DNA of 64,000 bases. It comes from Octopus vulgaris (Eukaryota). Below are positions 40,435 to 52,643 of this stretch, in pieces. How positions within the stretch are numbered: position 1 is the stretch's first letter; the number at the start of each line of letters is the position of its first letter. A model generated the notes under the pieces. The model was not told where the DNA came from and did not search any database. It saw only the letters and a program-made list of their open reading frames with translations. Where the stretch lies: assembly GCA_951406725.2 (NCBI GenBank), contig OX597815.1:78802001-78866000 (forward strand), in the 5' to 3' direction. The translations under genes and the position numbers were made by a program.

Positions 40435-40595
40435 GGATCTTTTCTTTTTGAAGGCCAGATTTTCCTAGTTAACATTACAATTTTGTTTTCAATTTTGTTT
40501 ACAGTAATGTTTTCTTTTGACACATTCTACCAGTATACGAAGTTTCAAATTTTTTAGTTAACTAGGAAAATCTGGCCTTCAAAAAGAAAAGATCC
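40435..40595. mobile_element. MITE with perfect ~39-bp TIRs
   Basis: GGATCTTTTCTTTTTGAAGGCCAGATTTTCCTAGTTAAC at both ends; internal ACATTCTACCAGTATACGAAGT shared with 56947-57362. Confidence 0.8.
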
Positions 40596-40734
40596 TACAT
40601 TATTTACATTCGACGGATATTAACACATTTCGGCTGATATACCCTCCAACCTTCTTCGGGTGTCTTGGGGGAAATTTCGAACCTGGGCTCTCATTCCTAA
40701 GGTATTTTTCGATGTTATTATTATTATTATTGTT

Positions 40735-40806
40735 CAGGTCACTGCTTAGAATCAAACTCGGAATCTTGGGGTTAGTAGCCTGCGCTCTTAACCACTACGC
40801 CATATG
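40735..40806 (-). pseudogene. tRNA-like head; left arm of the inverted pair
   Basis: Reverse complement of 40815-40886 with few mismatches; A box TGGCGTAGTGG. Confidence 0.65.
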
Positions 40807-40811
40807 TTCGT

Positions 40812-40886
40812 GGGCATATGGCGTAGAGGTTAAGAGCGCGGGCTACTAACCTCAAGATTCCGAGTTCGATTCCAAGCAGTGACCTG
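40812..40886 (+). pseudogene. tRNA-like head (ACT in the anticodon loop) of a repeat; right arm of an inverted pair
   Basis: A-box-like TGGCGTAGAGG, anticodon arm GGGCT-ACT-AACC and B box GTTCGATTCC; poor acceptor stem, so not called a functional tRNA. Confidence 0.65.
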
Positions 40887-41687
40887 AACAACAACAAAAA
40901 AAAAATAATAATAATATTCGGTATATCAGCCGAAATGTGTTAACAACAAACAAGATGAGGACAAATATCCGTCGAATGTAAATAATGTACATAATTCCTC
41001 ATCTCTTACATATAGAATTGTATCTTATATGAAGTTGTAGCTTCTTGAATCATGACTCTTAAGCTTCAAGTTTCCGATTGCGCATGTCTATATAACACAT
41101 CATCAAACAAGTAAACGTGTAAATAACGAAGAAAATATGCCAAACAAAACTGTGAATATTTCTTTTTTATCCAACATACACTACAAAACAACCAATAAAA
41201 CGTTATTCAAAATAATTAGGAACAATAGTTACATCAAAGACCCTCCCACATCATTGTCACAATACTTCAAATAATATGCTCAGATTCCTGTAGCAAGCAA
41301 TTCATGAAACATCTTTCCAAAGTTATAAAACTTCCAAAACATAAATACGTCAGAAACACGAAATGCAAGATATACAATGCAATTTCCAATTATATCTATC
41401 AGATGCCAGAAAAGCAATGGAGAAATCTCGAAACTAAAAAGCCGGTGTTTGTAGAAATCATGATACACCGAAAACACGCGCGCGCACATACATATATACA
41501 CACAATCTTTCACATTTTTATTCATATTCTGTCTACTTTTGTATTTTTTACACTATATTCTTCCCATTCTTTCATTGTATGTTGGTGTCTAATTGCTTCA
41601 TTGGAATATAAGGAAGTACATTTTATTGATGTACCAAATAAAAGTGTTACTGCTAATATTAAGAATTTGATTTTTTTTAATGATTAC

Positions 41688-42389
41688 TTAGTAAAAAAAA
41701 TAATCTAAAAAACTTCCTCTACATATTGGAGGAGGAAAATCCTTATCGAAATTGTCAGTTGGAACGACTCTGTCAAAATGTTCTGCTCCAGTATGACACA
41801 GAGTGACATAAAAGCGCCTGTGCTTTACTTCTCTGAGAGGTCGGAAACGAAACCATTCATATTGTTGATTTATAACCGGTGTGAGTAAATAAATATCCAT
41901 TCCCAAAAAGGTTGCAGCGGCAAATATTTCGGCTGTTGTTGCCCATACTTTATCTGAACGCATTTTCTCTACATGGTCGTCAATTGTTTCAGTGCCATCA
42001 ATAAAGAGTGAAAATAAAGCTGGTCGCTGTTTCATATAGTCAACAACTTGCTTTCGAATCCATTTATGAAATCTTTCACTTCCGAAAACTTCTTTACTCA
42101 ATGATCGAAAAAAACAATTCCCATCTCCAGAAATTAAGTCAATTTTCCGACGAGATTTTGAGAGAACTTTCTCTAAAAACGCATAAATTGTATCATGTGG
42201 CGGTGTATTAATGTTATCTGTTGCTCCACCAGGAGATTCGATTAACTTCGTTTTCGGCTTAGAAGTATTTTCAAATGACTTCCCAAAATCATCTGTATTA
42301 CTTATGTTAAGTTTAGAAAATATGTTTTTCCTTTCAGATAATGACGAAAGATACCTTATTGGACATCCTGAGATGATGCTTGGAATCAT
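41688..42389 (-). CDS. Intronless OTU-domain cysteine protease (putative deubiquitinase), 233 aa
   Basis: Open 233-codon ORF with the OTU Cys box ISGDGNCFFRSLS, the WATTAEIFAAA helix and the His box LCHTGAEHFDRVVP. No stops or frameshifts. The frame is open about 21 codons upstream of the ATG, so an upstream exon cannot be excluded. Confidence 0.9.
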   Translation of the reverse strand: MIPSIISGCPIRYLSSLSERKNIFSKLNISNTDDFGKSFENTSKPKTKLIESPGGATDNINTPPHDTIYAFLEKVLSKSRRKIDLISGDGNCFFRSLSKEVFGSERFHKWIRKQVVDYMKQRPALFSLFIDGTETIDDHVEKMRSDKVWATTAEIFAAATFLGMDIYLLTPVINQQYEWFRFRPLREVKHRRFYVTLCHTGAEHFDRVVPTDNFDKDFPPPICRGSFLDYFFY

Positions 42390-42971
42390 CAGATTAAATT
42401 TGGTTTGACAAATGTTGGGAGAACAGCATTTTATGAGGGAAGCACTTTTATGCTAACGATCCTCTTTCAAAAACCTTTATACATCCTCCAACCTACAAAC
42501 GAAATCCGAATGAATTCATGGAAAAGTTACAACTAAATTACGTCATAGTAAATTAAGCTTTCTTATTGGATCATTACTCCACTACGTAAGAGATAACACA
42601 GCTTACTTAAACTGTTATGGGAATAAGACTGGTTTTAACAGATATAAAAAAGGCATATCTACTCGAATTGCAAGTACTTTGGGACATGTGACATGTTGAT
42701 ACAAATTAATTTATCAAAATAATTGACTTATAATAAACTCTATTTACTTCCAAGAGTGTATTCGTAGTAGCTCAAGTAGACATGTTGTTCATATAATATG
42801 TATTTCAATATGTGAACGGCGAATGCAAATCGAAAATATTTCCTGATACTCAGACTTCAGTGATGAAAGTTGCAGAATCTTTAGGTTTACTAACACTAGC
42901 GTAGAAAGATCTTTTCTTTTCTCCTCCTCCCGCACAGCTTCACCCTTTCCTGTGTTATCACCAATGTTTAC

Positions 42972-43500
42972 CTAGTGCACAAAGGGAAAAAATATGCTCA
43001 CAAGGGTTTTCAAGATGAAATCGAATATCTTTAATTGAAGATAGCTACTGGGATTTTTGTACATATATTTAGCAAAGAAAAGCAAATTTCTGCATATATC
43101 CACAGTAAAAATATTAGAAGGAACAGCGCTTACCACCATCGCCATTATAAAAGCATCATTATCGAAACCTTAATATTGATTTTGTTTCAACAATTTTCCG
43201 TTTAACATTGCACTCAATTTGTTTTCGTCAGAATGGGACACTTATTTCAAGCTTGAATATTTGATAGTAGTAGCTATTGCTGTGTACACAACTTGAAATT
43301 GAAGACCTATCAAAGCTAATGTGGAAAACGATATTACTGGCTCAGCGTGATGAAATCCATTTCAATCGCCGCCGCTTGAAGACACTTTTTTTAGCAGTAT
43401 TGGGTAAAATCCCTGGCGAACAGAGATCGACGACTCACTTTCAATGCATAAAGTTGTCATCTCCTTTTCACATGTCAATATCTTTAAAAAATACAAGAGC
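42972..43500 (-). pseudogene. Possible degraded class A GPCR fragment (TM5-TM7)
   Basis: Hand translation across stops and frameshifts: VISFSTLALIGLQFQVVYTAIATTIKYSS / KINIKVSIMMLL-IMAMVVSAVPSNIF / FDFILKTLVSIFFPFVH. Confidence 0.3.
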
Positions 43501-44084
43501 ATCAACATATCCATTCTTTCTCTTTTTTATTAAGTCTGTTTGACTTCTCATTCGTTGAAGAATACTGTAGATCGGATCGGACAACTCTATAGCATTCATG
43601 TGTAGAAGAAATAAATACTTGAAGTTCTGTATTTTTTTACATTGTACATTTAACTATTAATTTATTAAATTTATTTATTTACTCTAAATAAAAAGTTGAT
43701 TATTTGCACCATAAGGTCTACATAACGGAAGCTGAAATCGATACTGCTAACTATTATTTGTGCATATAAAATATACTTTTATTACACAATCTATGTAACT
43801 TTTATACAAAAATTCTTTTTTATGCTTGAAAAGAACGAAACAAACCCCCGAATGAACAAACATATATTCAATGTCAACAAGCACACATCTTCACTGGCTA
43901 AAACACGCCATGACTTTTGTTTTTTAATTTACGATAGAATAGAAATATTTAATTAGCATTTCAATAATTTGTTTAATTAAATCAGACAAATTAGTTACGC
44001 AGTCCACTCTGTTGAAAATATTTGGGCAAGGTCTCCGATCAGAGGACACCTTCCCTTTTCATTTCCACCAGTCTCAGAAGCTCT

Positions 44085-44820
44085 TGTAACGATAAGGATT
44101 TTATTTTGGTGTAGTTACCAATTGTAACGGGTAAGATTGATTAGTAAACAATATGATGAAATGTCGGAGTCAGCATCTGTAACGATAAAAATTCGTTGTT
44201 ATGATTGCTTATTTTAAGATGTGAAAGATGAACAATACATGAAGTTTTAAGGAAGTATTTATTTACCGTTACGTTACAATACCTTGCCTCGACGAGCAGG
44301 TTTTGATACATCCAAAAGCATGCGAAGTAAAGTTTGTGTATGTGTCCTCTTAATTGTTTAGTAGTTATGTAGACCTTATGTTGTAAGAGAACAGAATTAG
44401 AGCTAGTGAGAGTCTTTCTTTTTCCCTCTGGCCGTTTTGTCTGCCTGCTTCCATGATTCTAGTGGTCGGTTCACGAACTGATGTTAGCTCTTTCTCACGA
44501 GTTATCACCAAGGTGAGTAACTGGTTTTTGCTTGGGATATGCTTGCTTATATAACTATCCAGAAGGATAGATATATAATTGAGAACAATAGATTTAGTTG
44601 GTGGTCTTGTTATCTCTTCTAGCTTTTGGTGAAGTAGAAGAGGTTAGAAAGGGTCAAGTAGTGAAGACATTATTTCGGCCTAGCTAAAGGCATCTGGAAA
44701 ATGTAAAACTGCTGTCAGAGAAAAAACATTGTTCCATCGTGGGAAAAGTTCTGTTGCTGTGTTAATTTAAATTTGGCTATGGTGGATCGAATCCACTTCA
44801 TGCATGCAAGATCCACTACA
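44085..44820 (-). mobile_element. Solo LTR (family A)
   Basis: TG...CA termini (TGTAACG...CACTACA); flanks CTCT/CTGT resemble a 4-bp TSD with one mismatch; colinear with 61264-61997; AATAAA on the minus strand. Confidence 0.7.
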
Positions 44821-45303
44821 CTGTGAAGGGTCACAGACACTTCTCCTGACTAAAAGAATTTTTAAAAAATAAAAGAAGCAAATTAAGATTGTAAAATGGC
44901 AGCAAATCTCTTGCCAACGTTACTTTTATTTATAAATTCTAAATGCGGGTTGATTCTCAGTGGAAAGAAAAGGATGTATAATATGTATATTACAAAATAT
45001 TCATCCTTCTTGTTTGATGATTCTATTACAGAAAGAGCAAGGAGAAGCGTTACACACCTATGCCAATTAAAAAATATGTAGGGACTTTCAGCAAGACGTC
45101 AAAGGACCACTAGAAAGAATCTTGTCGGGTATATGGAAGATTGTAGTTTTCAGTGATCGAGGGAGACCTTGTAGAACTATGTTTGATTTTTCACGATAGA
45201 GGACAAAGCAAGGTAACAGGCTAGCCTGGTGTCACAGACTTGTAAGGATTATGTGAATATCTCCTCTTGCACTTTTGGGGTGCAAGTTGGTGCAATCACT
45301 TTC

Positions 45304-45713
45304 CGTTGCTTTTATATCCAGACTCTACCAGTCAAAGAAACACAAAACGCAGACGTAAAAAATAGACATACTTTATTGGTTTATACCGGTGAGAAATCAG
45401 TGGTATATCTGATGTCCTTGGTTCTGGGCGCGCAAGACTGAAAGTTAATCGATTGTAATATTTACAATGTTCAGCCGCCAAAAACAGAACGGAATTAAAC
45501 GTCTACTTCTATGAAATGCCTGCCGCTGTCTGTCGGACGCTAATGGTCAACGCTTTACGCTCCCTCGCCTCTGTGTTAAGGCTCGCGCTCCCTTGCTAAG
45601 GCCACGTCAGCAAGGCCACGTCAGCTAAGGCCACGTCAGCAAAATTCCCTCTTTCGGACTTCGTGTATTCGCGAGAGGGCGTTGCGCGCGCGCTGTTGTA
45701 TAGGATCACTACA
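45304..45713 (-). mobile_element. Solo LTR-like repeat (family B)
   Basis: Minus strand starts TGTAGTGATCCTA; inverted homolog of 47255-47775. Confidence 0.6.
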
Positions 45714-46786
45714 GACTCATATAGGACAACGGAACTCAAGTGTGAGACAGAGATATTGGCAATTTGTATTAGCCATTAGCTCGTCGTTACATTTACGACA
45801 CAGTTTAGGTTGGTGGTGTGCGCCGAGATAACAAAAATCGACGTAGTCGGATGGAGTCTGTGTGGACATAAAGTTCGTGATGAGCCCCAAAGACGGTGGA
45901 GTTCAGCAGTGACGAAGCTAAAGTATGTACTGCTGGGGAAGCCCTTGAGTTAGTCGCTCCTCACCCCTATAAGGCTTATACAGCAGACCCAAAAGATCCA
46001 CCTCCACAGAAGCATCGCCCGGGGCGGATTGCACCCCCACCTCATCTCGTCCCACCCCTACCAACGCTAGTGGTGGTTCAGAGCAGAAAGACCAGCTGTT
46101 GCATACGTGTCAATAAGATCTACTCGAGGATTTTCTTCCCTGTGGTGCTGGGAAAACGGGGAAGGAAAGCAGAGGATTGAAATAGAATGAGCAACAAAAT
46201 AGCAGAACCTATAAACTGCCGTTTTCAGAAAACAACTAGTCCTTGTTTCGAGGATGGCTTAAAAACTCGCCTCGCTCGTCAAAGAGCAAAGCTAACGAAC
46301 ATTAGGCATAGGACACCCACTCCGTCTATCACCAACAACATACAATGAGTCTCATTAAAGAAAATTAAACATGTTTGCTTTAACAAAGCAGGAGGATGTA
46401 ATAAATCGATTAGAAGAGCATGGAAGAGGATACATGATTTAATTTTATTCATATTTTATGGAAGCTCATGATGTACAGTGGGGGGAAAAATAAATATTCG
46501 TACATGTCAAAAATTCTTTATTTATTTAATTTCTAATGAACATAAATGGGATATACCAATACTATATTTGCATGCACAACCTTCTCACCCCCACAATGGG
46601 ATGAAAACAAAAACAACCACACACGAATCGCTTCAACAACAATCTCTTTATCAGCAATACGCAACAATTCCAACAACTAACAGTCTCAAAGAGAAAGCCT
46701 TCAACAATCCAACCGCGGTCAAAAATGACAAGACTTAAACAAACAAGTTGATACTCTGCAACACCAACAACATGCGGCGGCGCCGG

Positions 46787-49191
46787 CGTCCTTATTTCTT
46801 TAATTAGGCACAAGGCCTCAATAGAGAAGGGACAACATAAAAACAGACAAAACAATACATTGGGGGTACATAGAAACACATATCGAATGAATTATGGACA
46901 TAATGAAAACGAGAATGAAATGGCTTACCTATCCCCACCCCCCACCATAACAGATAGTTCCATTTTACTGTTTTTAAATAAACAGTTCATATTGGTCTTG
47001 TATCTGTTGGTTTATAACATATACTCTATTAACTCTTCGAAGGCTACCACCGGCGGCAATTCATCGTAGCCAATGTGTATTGCTGTCATCTCTATTCTTT
47101 CGCCAAACAACTCCTTCAATTTCTTTCCTCTTTCTTTTTCCAACAAAACAGCTTTAAAACCTTCGTTACACTCTTTGGCCGCTAATTTCACTGCGATAAC
47201 GTTCTTCATCTTGGCAATTCTCTTCTCTATCTCTACACTTTTTGGGCATTGCACTGTAGTGATCCTACAACGGTGCGCGCTCGCGCACCGTCCATTTGTA
47301 TTTCGCGCGTGTTGGTGCCTTCACCAAGGCACAGAAAGGAAGGGCCCTCTCGCGCATGCGCGAACCACCGGAAGCACGACCCTGGCCAAGGCAGGGGGTC
47401 GTAGAACGTTTGACCACTAGCAGCAGTCAGCGGGGACTTTGAGACATGGCTATCGAAGGCAACGGTCACACGTATATTCTCTCTCCGTCAGGGCTTGATT
47501 CTAGCAGCAGTCGGCCGAATGCCTTTAACCAAATTGTTGCCGACCACATTCAACTTCCCTGTTCGACGCCATCTTGAACCCGTTCTGGTTTCATCGGCTG
47601 AATATTGTAAATATTACAATCGATTAACTTTCAGCCTTGCGCGCCCCGAACCAAGGACATCAGATAACACACTTATTGTTATTGTTACCAAGAAAGAGAA
47701 TAAAGTAGTTATATATATTTTACGTCTGCGTCTTGTTGTTTCTGACTGGTAGAATTCTGGATTATTAAAGCAACGGCTAGTGAGTGATTGCTTTCTTGTA
47801 CCCCGAAAGTACAAGACAAGATATTCACTCACACTCTCGAAGTTCGTTTACAGCACTATTGTTCTCAGGTTTCTCCCTTTTGGTGTCAACCTCCTTCTCT
47901 CCTCACCAATCCCCTTCCTCTGCCACTAGCATTTCTGTCTCTGTCTGTCTCTCATTCTATGTTGTTATCATCTCTCTTTCATTTTCCTTTCTTTTCTGTA
48001 TTCTTTCCTCCTTGCTAGTTGATGGTCTCTGCGTTCGCTCCTCACTTACTTGTGTTGTCTTTTCATTTTTTTCTCTTCTCATTTGTATTTTCTTGTTTTT
48101 CACTCTGCTTCTCCTCTCCACTTGCCTTTCTTTTCTTCCTCGGACTTTTTGGTGGTGAGTCTGTCTTCTTTCTTTTTACCACTGTGCATTGCTCTTCCAT
48201 TTTCTCCTCCTCCACGGTTGCACCCTCTTCTTCCTGATATTCCTTCCCTGCCTCCTCCTCTTCGTGTTTCTAGGGACACTTAGCTTTCATATGTCCTTTT
48301 ACTCCACAAATAAAACATACAGGCAGTCTTCCTTCCACCACTATTCTCAACCTTGCTTCGTCTGGCAGTATCAGTTCTTCCGCAATCTTGTGGAGATCTG
48401 GCAAGCTTATATGGACCAATAACTTTAGTCCATACCCCCAGCAGTTCTTGATATTTTTATTATCTCAGTGTCCTCTTCTGTGTTGAATAGGATGGTTACC
48501 ACCAGCCACGCCTCATCAATTTCTGGGGGAACTCTACCTATTCTTACTCTGGCCGCGCGTTTGCCACAGTAAGTCAGTAGTAGTGCCCACTCCGCTGATC
48601 TCAAAGGCACAGTGGAGTATTTTCTCGCTTCTGCTTCATTCACGAAGCGTACCTCCACTGTGCCATATTTCCTTCCTCTGGTGCAGAACGTCGTTATGTT
48701 CTTAATTTCTCTGAAGCACTCCTCGACCGCCTCCTCCGCTGCTATTTCCACCTTTTTTGTTGCAATTTTTAATGTTCTGGACAGAATTGTTACCTTCTCC
48801 GTTTTATCTGTTACTTCTTTGGGAAGCGTCAGCCTCAGGCTATCTCTCTCCTTTCTCAACAAATCATTGTATTTTTTAAAGTCTCTCTCTTGTAATTTAA
48901 TTTCTGTAACCTGCAGTAGCTTCGCTGACAGGCCTTTGCCAGTCACCGCAGCATAACTGCCCGCTTGTACTGGTGTACTTTCCATATTATTCACGACTTC
49001 ACTCATAAATGGGGAAACGGTAACAAGTTCAACAGGTAACAACAATTCCACAATTCAATAAATAACAGTTAAACAAAAACGGTACTTACAAGGATATACA
49101 CTGCCAACTCACTAACTCAAACAAAGCACAAACGGCAACGCCCACGTCCTTATTACTTTAATTAGGCACAAGGCCTCAATAGAGAAGGGAC
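46787..49191 (-). mobile_element. Tx1/L1-clade LINE remnant (ORF1 and 3' end) interrupted by a solo LTR
   Basis: ORF 48425-49051 (SYAAV, GTVEVRF, RVRIGRVPPEI) continues after a frameshift into RIVVEGRLPVCFICGVKGHMKAKCP (CCHC knuckle). The 47-bp tail is repeated at 46787-46833 and 49145-49191. Confidence 0.7.
47255..47775 (+). mobile_element. Solo LTR-like repeat (family B)
   Basis: Starts TGTAGTGATCCTA; shares AATATTACAATCGATTAACTTTCAG and CCAAGGACATCAGATA with the reverse complement of 45304-45713; contains AATAAA. Confidence 0.6.
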
Positions 49192-51102
49192 TGTTGTTGT
49201 TATATATATATGATGTATTGTGTATTAAAGGAAGTAGTGAGTACTTAGTATGAAAGATTAAGAAAATGAGAGAGACTGAAAAAACGTGTTAACGATACGA
49301 GATACTTTATTAGACTGCCGTTGTTGTACAAGGTATTTGTTGTGGTGGGAAACTTACTGAATGTCCTTGTATCAAGGGAGACAATGGGCAACGTTGATTG
49401 TTCATGTTTGTTGTGATGATTACATAACAGGGACAACACAAAAACATTTTTTTCATCTTCCATTATATCATATATTTTATGTTCCCAATGTGATGCATGT
49501 CCTTCTCTGTTGGCCCGTTATGGGTAATAAAAAAAAATCAAACATCTCTGAAAGTTTCATCCGAATCTATTCAGCAGTTCTTGAGATATCTTGTACATGG
49601 ACAAACAAACATGACTAAAAACAATACCTCCGCCTTAGCGAAGGCGGAGGTAATTAGGTTGTTACTCAAAATTGCTTTCCAACTTTTGGCATTCTATTTA
49701 ACTTGATTATCTGGATGGTCTCTTTTTAAATGATCAAGAAAACTTGAATGTTTTAAAGCTTCGTTAGAAAGTGTACTATTACATAAAAAAAGCATATCTC
49801 TTTTTGAGGAGGATCAAAAGAACTTTCAAAACAAAAATACCTATAAGATATGTAATTACCCCAGTATTGATAACATCCCTTTCATTGCTCCGCTTAACAT
49901 TACTAAAAAAGAATTAACAAAAGCATTTAAAAATACCTGAAATTTGAGAAAAAAAAAAAGAGCATTCATTGTGTCATTAGAAAAGCTGTGGAGTTCATAT
50001 ACAAGGTATCCAACCTCAATACAGTTTTTGTCCAGATACATTCTACAGTTAAGCCTATGAATCTAGGTGCAATAGACATAACTGAACTTTTGCATTGTTT
50101 TGATGCTAGTAATACGAGATGTCACATTATTACAGTCCAATGGACTACTAGGCAATTTACAATTTTTAATTAAAATAATTTTTAAAAATCAAACTCTGAT
50201 TTGGTAGCTAAAATGCTCTAAAAACATACTGAAATAGTAATTTTGTTAGCTCAAATCTAATTCTAAACTGAAGTACTCTCATTCTTCTAAAGCAGGCCGA
50301 TCTTGCAGTCTCTGGTTGGCATTGTTTGCAAAGTTTGTGTTGGTACTCCTTATTTACGGATTATCATCTAAGAAAGCGAAGTCCGAAACTACTTTATTCT
50401 TTTAGATAGTCAAGGGCAACCTGCGGTCGCAAGTGGTGCGGGGCAATCTGAATGGCACATCTAAACGAAAAATTACATGAATATTTTTAGTAGTGCGGCC
50501 CGTCACATGATCAGTTGTGTCTCATGCAGCTCGATTCTCGGAAACTTCACCCATGACTGTTTTAGAAGCTTGTAAACTTAGAAGTGATTAAATCAAGTGA
50601 TTTTTAAAAATCACAACGAAGTACAGAGCAAACGCGAAAAATAAGAAGCACTACAGCACTAAAAGAAACGTCATCAGTAATAAATGACAGCACAAAAATA
50701 ACATGCTTCTACTCAGATACGGCGTATGACAAGGATACACTTTTGAATTACAGGTACAATCCATCCAGCAAGATTCACAACGGTTTCTCTCTACTCGTAC
50801 TATGTATAACTTGATCCAAGGCTATTGAAAGTGACATTTGAACAAGACGCCATGTATTGGATTGGATCAGGGACCACGTGGTTGCGAAGTAAACCTCTGA
50901 ACCATCCGGCCATACTGCGCCGAAAGCGTAACTCAAATTCATAAACATTGCTAAACACTAAACCTTCACATAAAGATCTCGAATAAAGATTTGTGATATG
51001 AGTAAATCAGAGACTGGAGACGACGGGAACATAAGGGATTTTAATAACATCAGTATTTGACGTACTTATTTTATCCACCCTGAAAAGATGAAAGGCAAAG
51101 TT

Positions 51103-51661
51103 TTCGGTGTTTTTTTTTTGTCTTGTTTTTTTTTTTCGGATTTCTATGTTTTCGATATAATTCTATATATAATTCAATATACATTAATAAAGATAAGTTT
51201 AAGACATTTAATTAACGCATAACATCTTCATTAACACCGCCACTGAATTTAGGACGTTTATATTACTTATGATGTATTCTATATTTTTCAGCTAAAGTGT
51301 AGTTGGGTCTCAAGGAGTGGTACAAACTTAGCAATATGTGTTTTATAGTGAAAACAAAATTTCTATTCAAATGGCAATTACCGGACGATTTCTGTTCGTG
51401 TTTAACCGTTTTAAGTCGTAGTGGAAACGCAACCCATGTCGCAAATAGACATACGTATATTGTATAAATTTTATAATTGGAAAATTTACTTTATATTGTA
51501 CATGCGAGTACACCTCTGCTATAGTAGAAGACACTTGCCCAAGGTGCCATGCAGTAGAATTGAACCCGAAACCATGTGGTGGGTAAGCAAGCTACTTACC
51601 ACACAGTCACTCCTGCGCCTATGTACAAATAACTTCTTTTGCACACACACACACACACACA

Positions 51662-51695
<34 letters not shown>

Positions 51696-52643
51696 GTCTC
51701 TCTCTGTCTCTCTCTCTCTTTCTCTCTCTCTCTCACACACACACACCCGGTAAAACTTCAGTATGAATTATAAAACTACAGCTCAACTTCAGTTGAAGTG
51801 ATCTTTCTTTTATTTTGTAATTCGTATTTGTGATGAGCGTATTTAGAAACTTTATCTCCCCACGTTCCCCTTATTATTTTTTTTTTCCAAAATTTCTTCG
51901 GGTTCCTGTTTTCGATATAGGAGATTAGGATTTTGCCCGCCCCCCCCAAACACGCTTTTAAAATGTTAATAATCCTAATCATCCCCACCCCAAATTTTTA
52001 ATTTTTAGCTTCAAATTTTTTTTTTAAACCGCGTACAAAAATTGAGATTACGGATCTTTAAGAATTTTTCTTTTTAATTTTTCTTAAAGAAACACTCAAA
52101 TCTCCTCTCCAAACCTTCACTCATCACCTCCGAACATTTTACTTCTTTTTTTTTTAAAGCGGAGAAGTTTTTCCAGAAATAATGTCGTTTAGCTTTTGTT
52201 TCTAGCATGTCGGAATTTCTGGTGGTGATATGATATTTTTGACGTCTGCTATTTCAGTAGAATTCTACGCATACGTGAAACATCAATCGAAAGTGAAAGT
52301 GAAACATTCTGAGTTATTATTTTTTTGAAAGCGAGGAGGTGATGGGTGGATGAGGAGGTGGGATGGAAGAGGCATTGAGTGTTTCTTGAAGAAAAATTAA
52401 AAGTTAAAGAAAGAAAAATTCTAGATTCATAATCTCTGTATTTTTCTACGTGTATTAAAAACGAAATTCGAAAAAAGTAAAAAAAATTAAGAATTTGGGG
52501 TTTGGAAATTAAAATTTCGAAAACGTGATTTTTAGGCAAAATCATATTCTCCTATATCGAAAACATGGAAATCCGGAAAAAAAATTTAAAAGAGAAAAAA
52601 AAAACACCGAAAATGGATAATGTACACATTTTTTACCTTCGCC
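51103..52643. mobile_element. TIR DNA element with 8-bp TSD (Merlin-like) inserted in a SINE
   Basis: GCAAAGTT at 51095-51102 and 52644-52651 flanks inverted ~60-bp subterminal blocks, and the interrupted SINE resumes after it. The left TIR tip is missing. Confidence 0.5.

Noticed and set aside
40735-40886. Two functional tRNA genes
   Set aside because: Poor acceptor stem, no long variable arm as expected for a Ser-type anticodon, and embedded in a repeat.
47784-48283. Phe/Leu/Ser-rich ORFs resembling membrane proteins
   Set aside because: Antisense of the purine-rich Glu/Lys tail of the Tx1-like ORF1.
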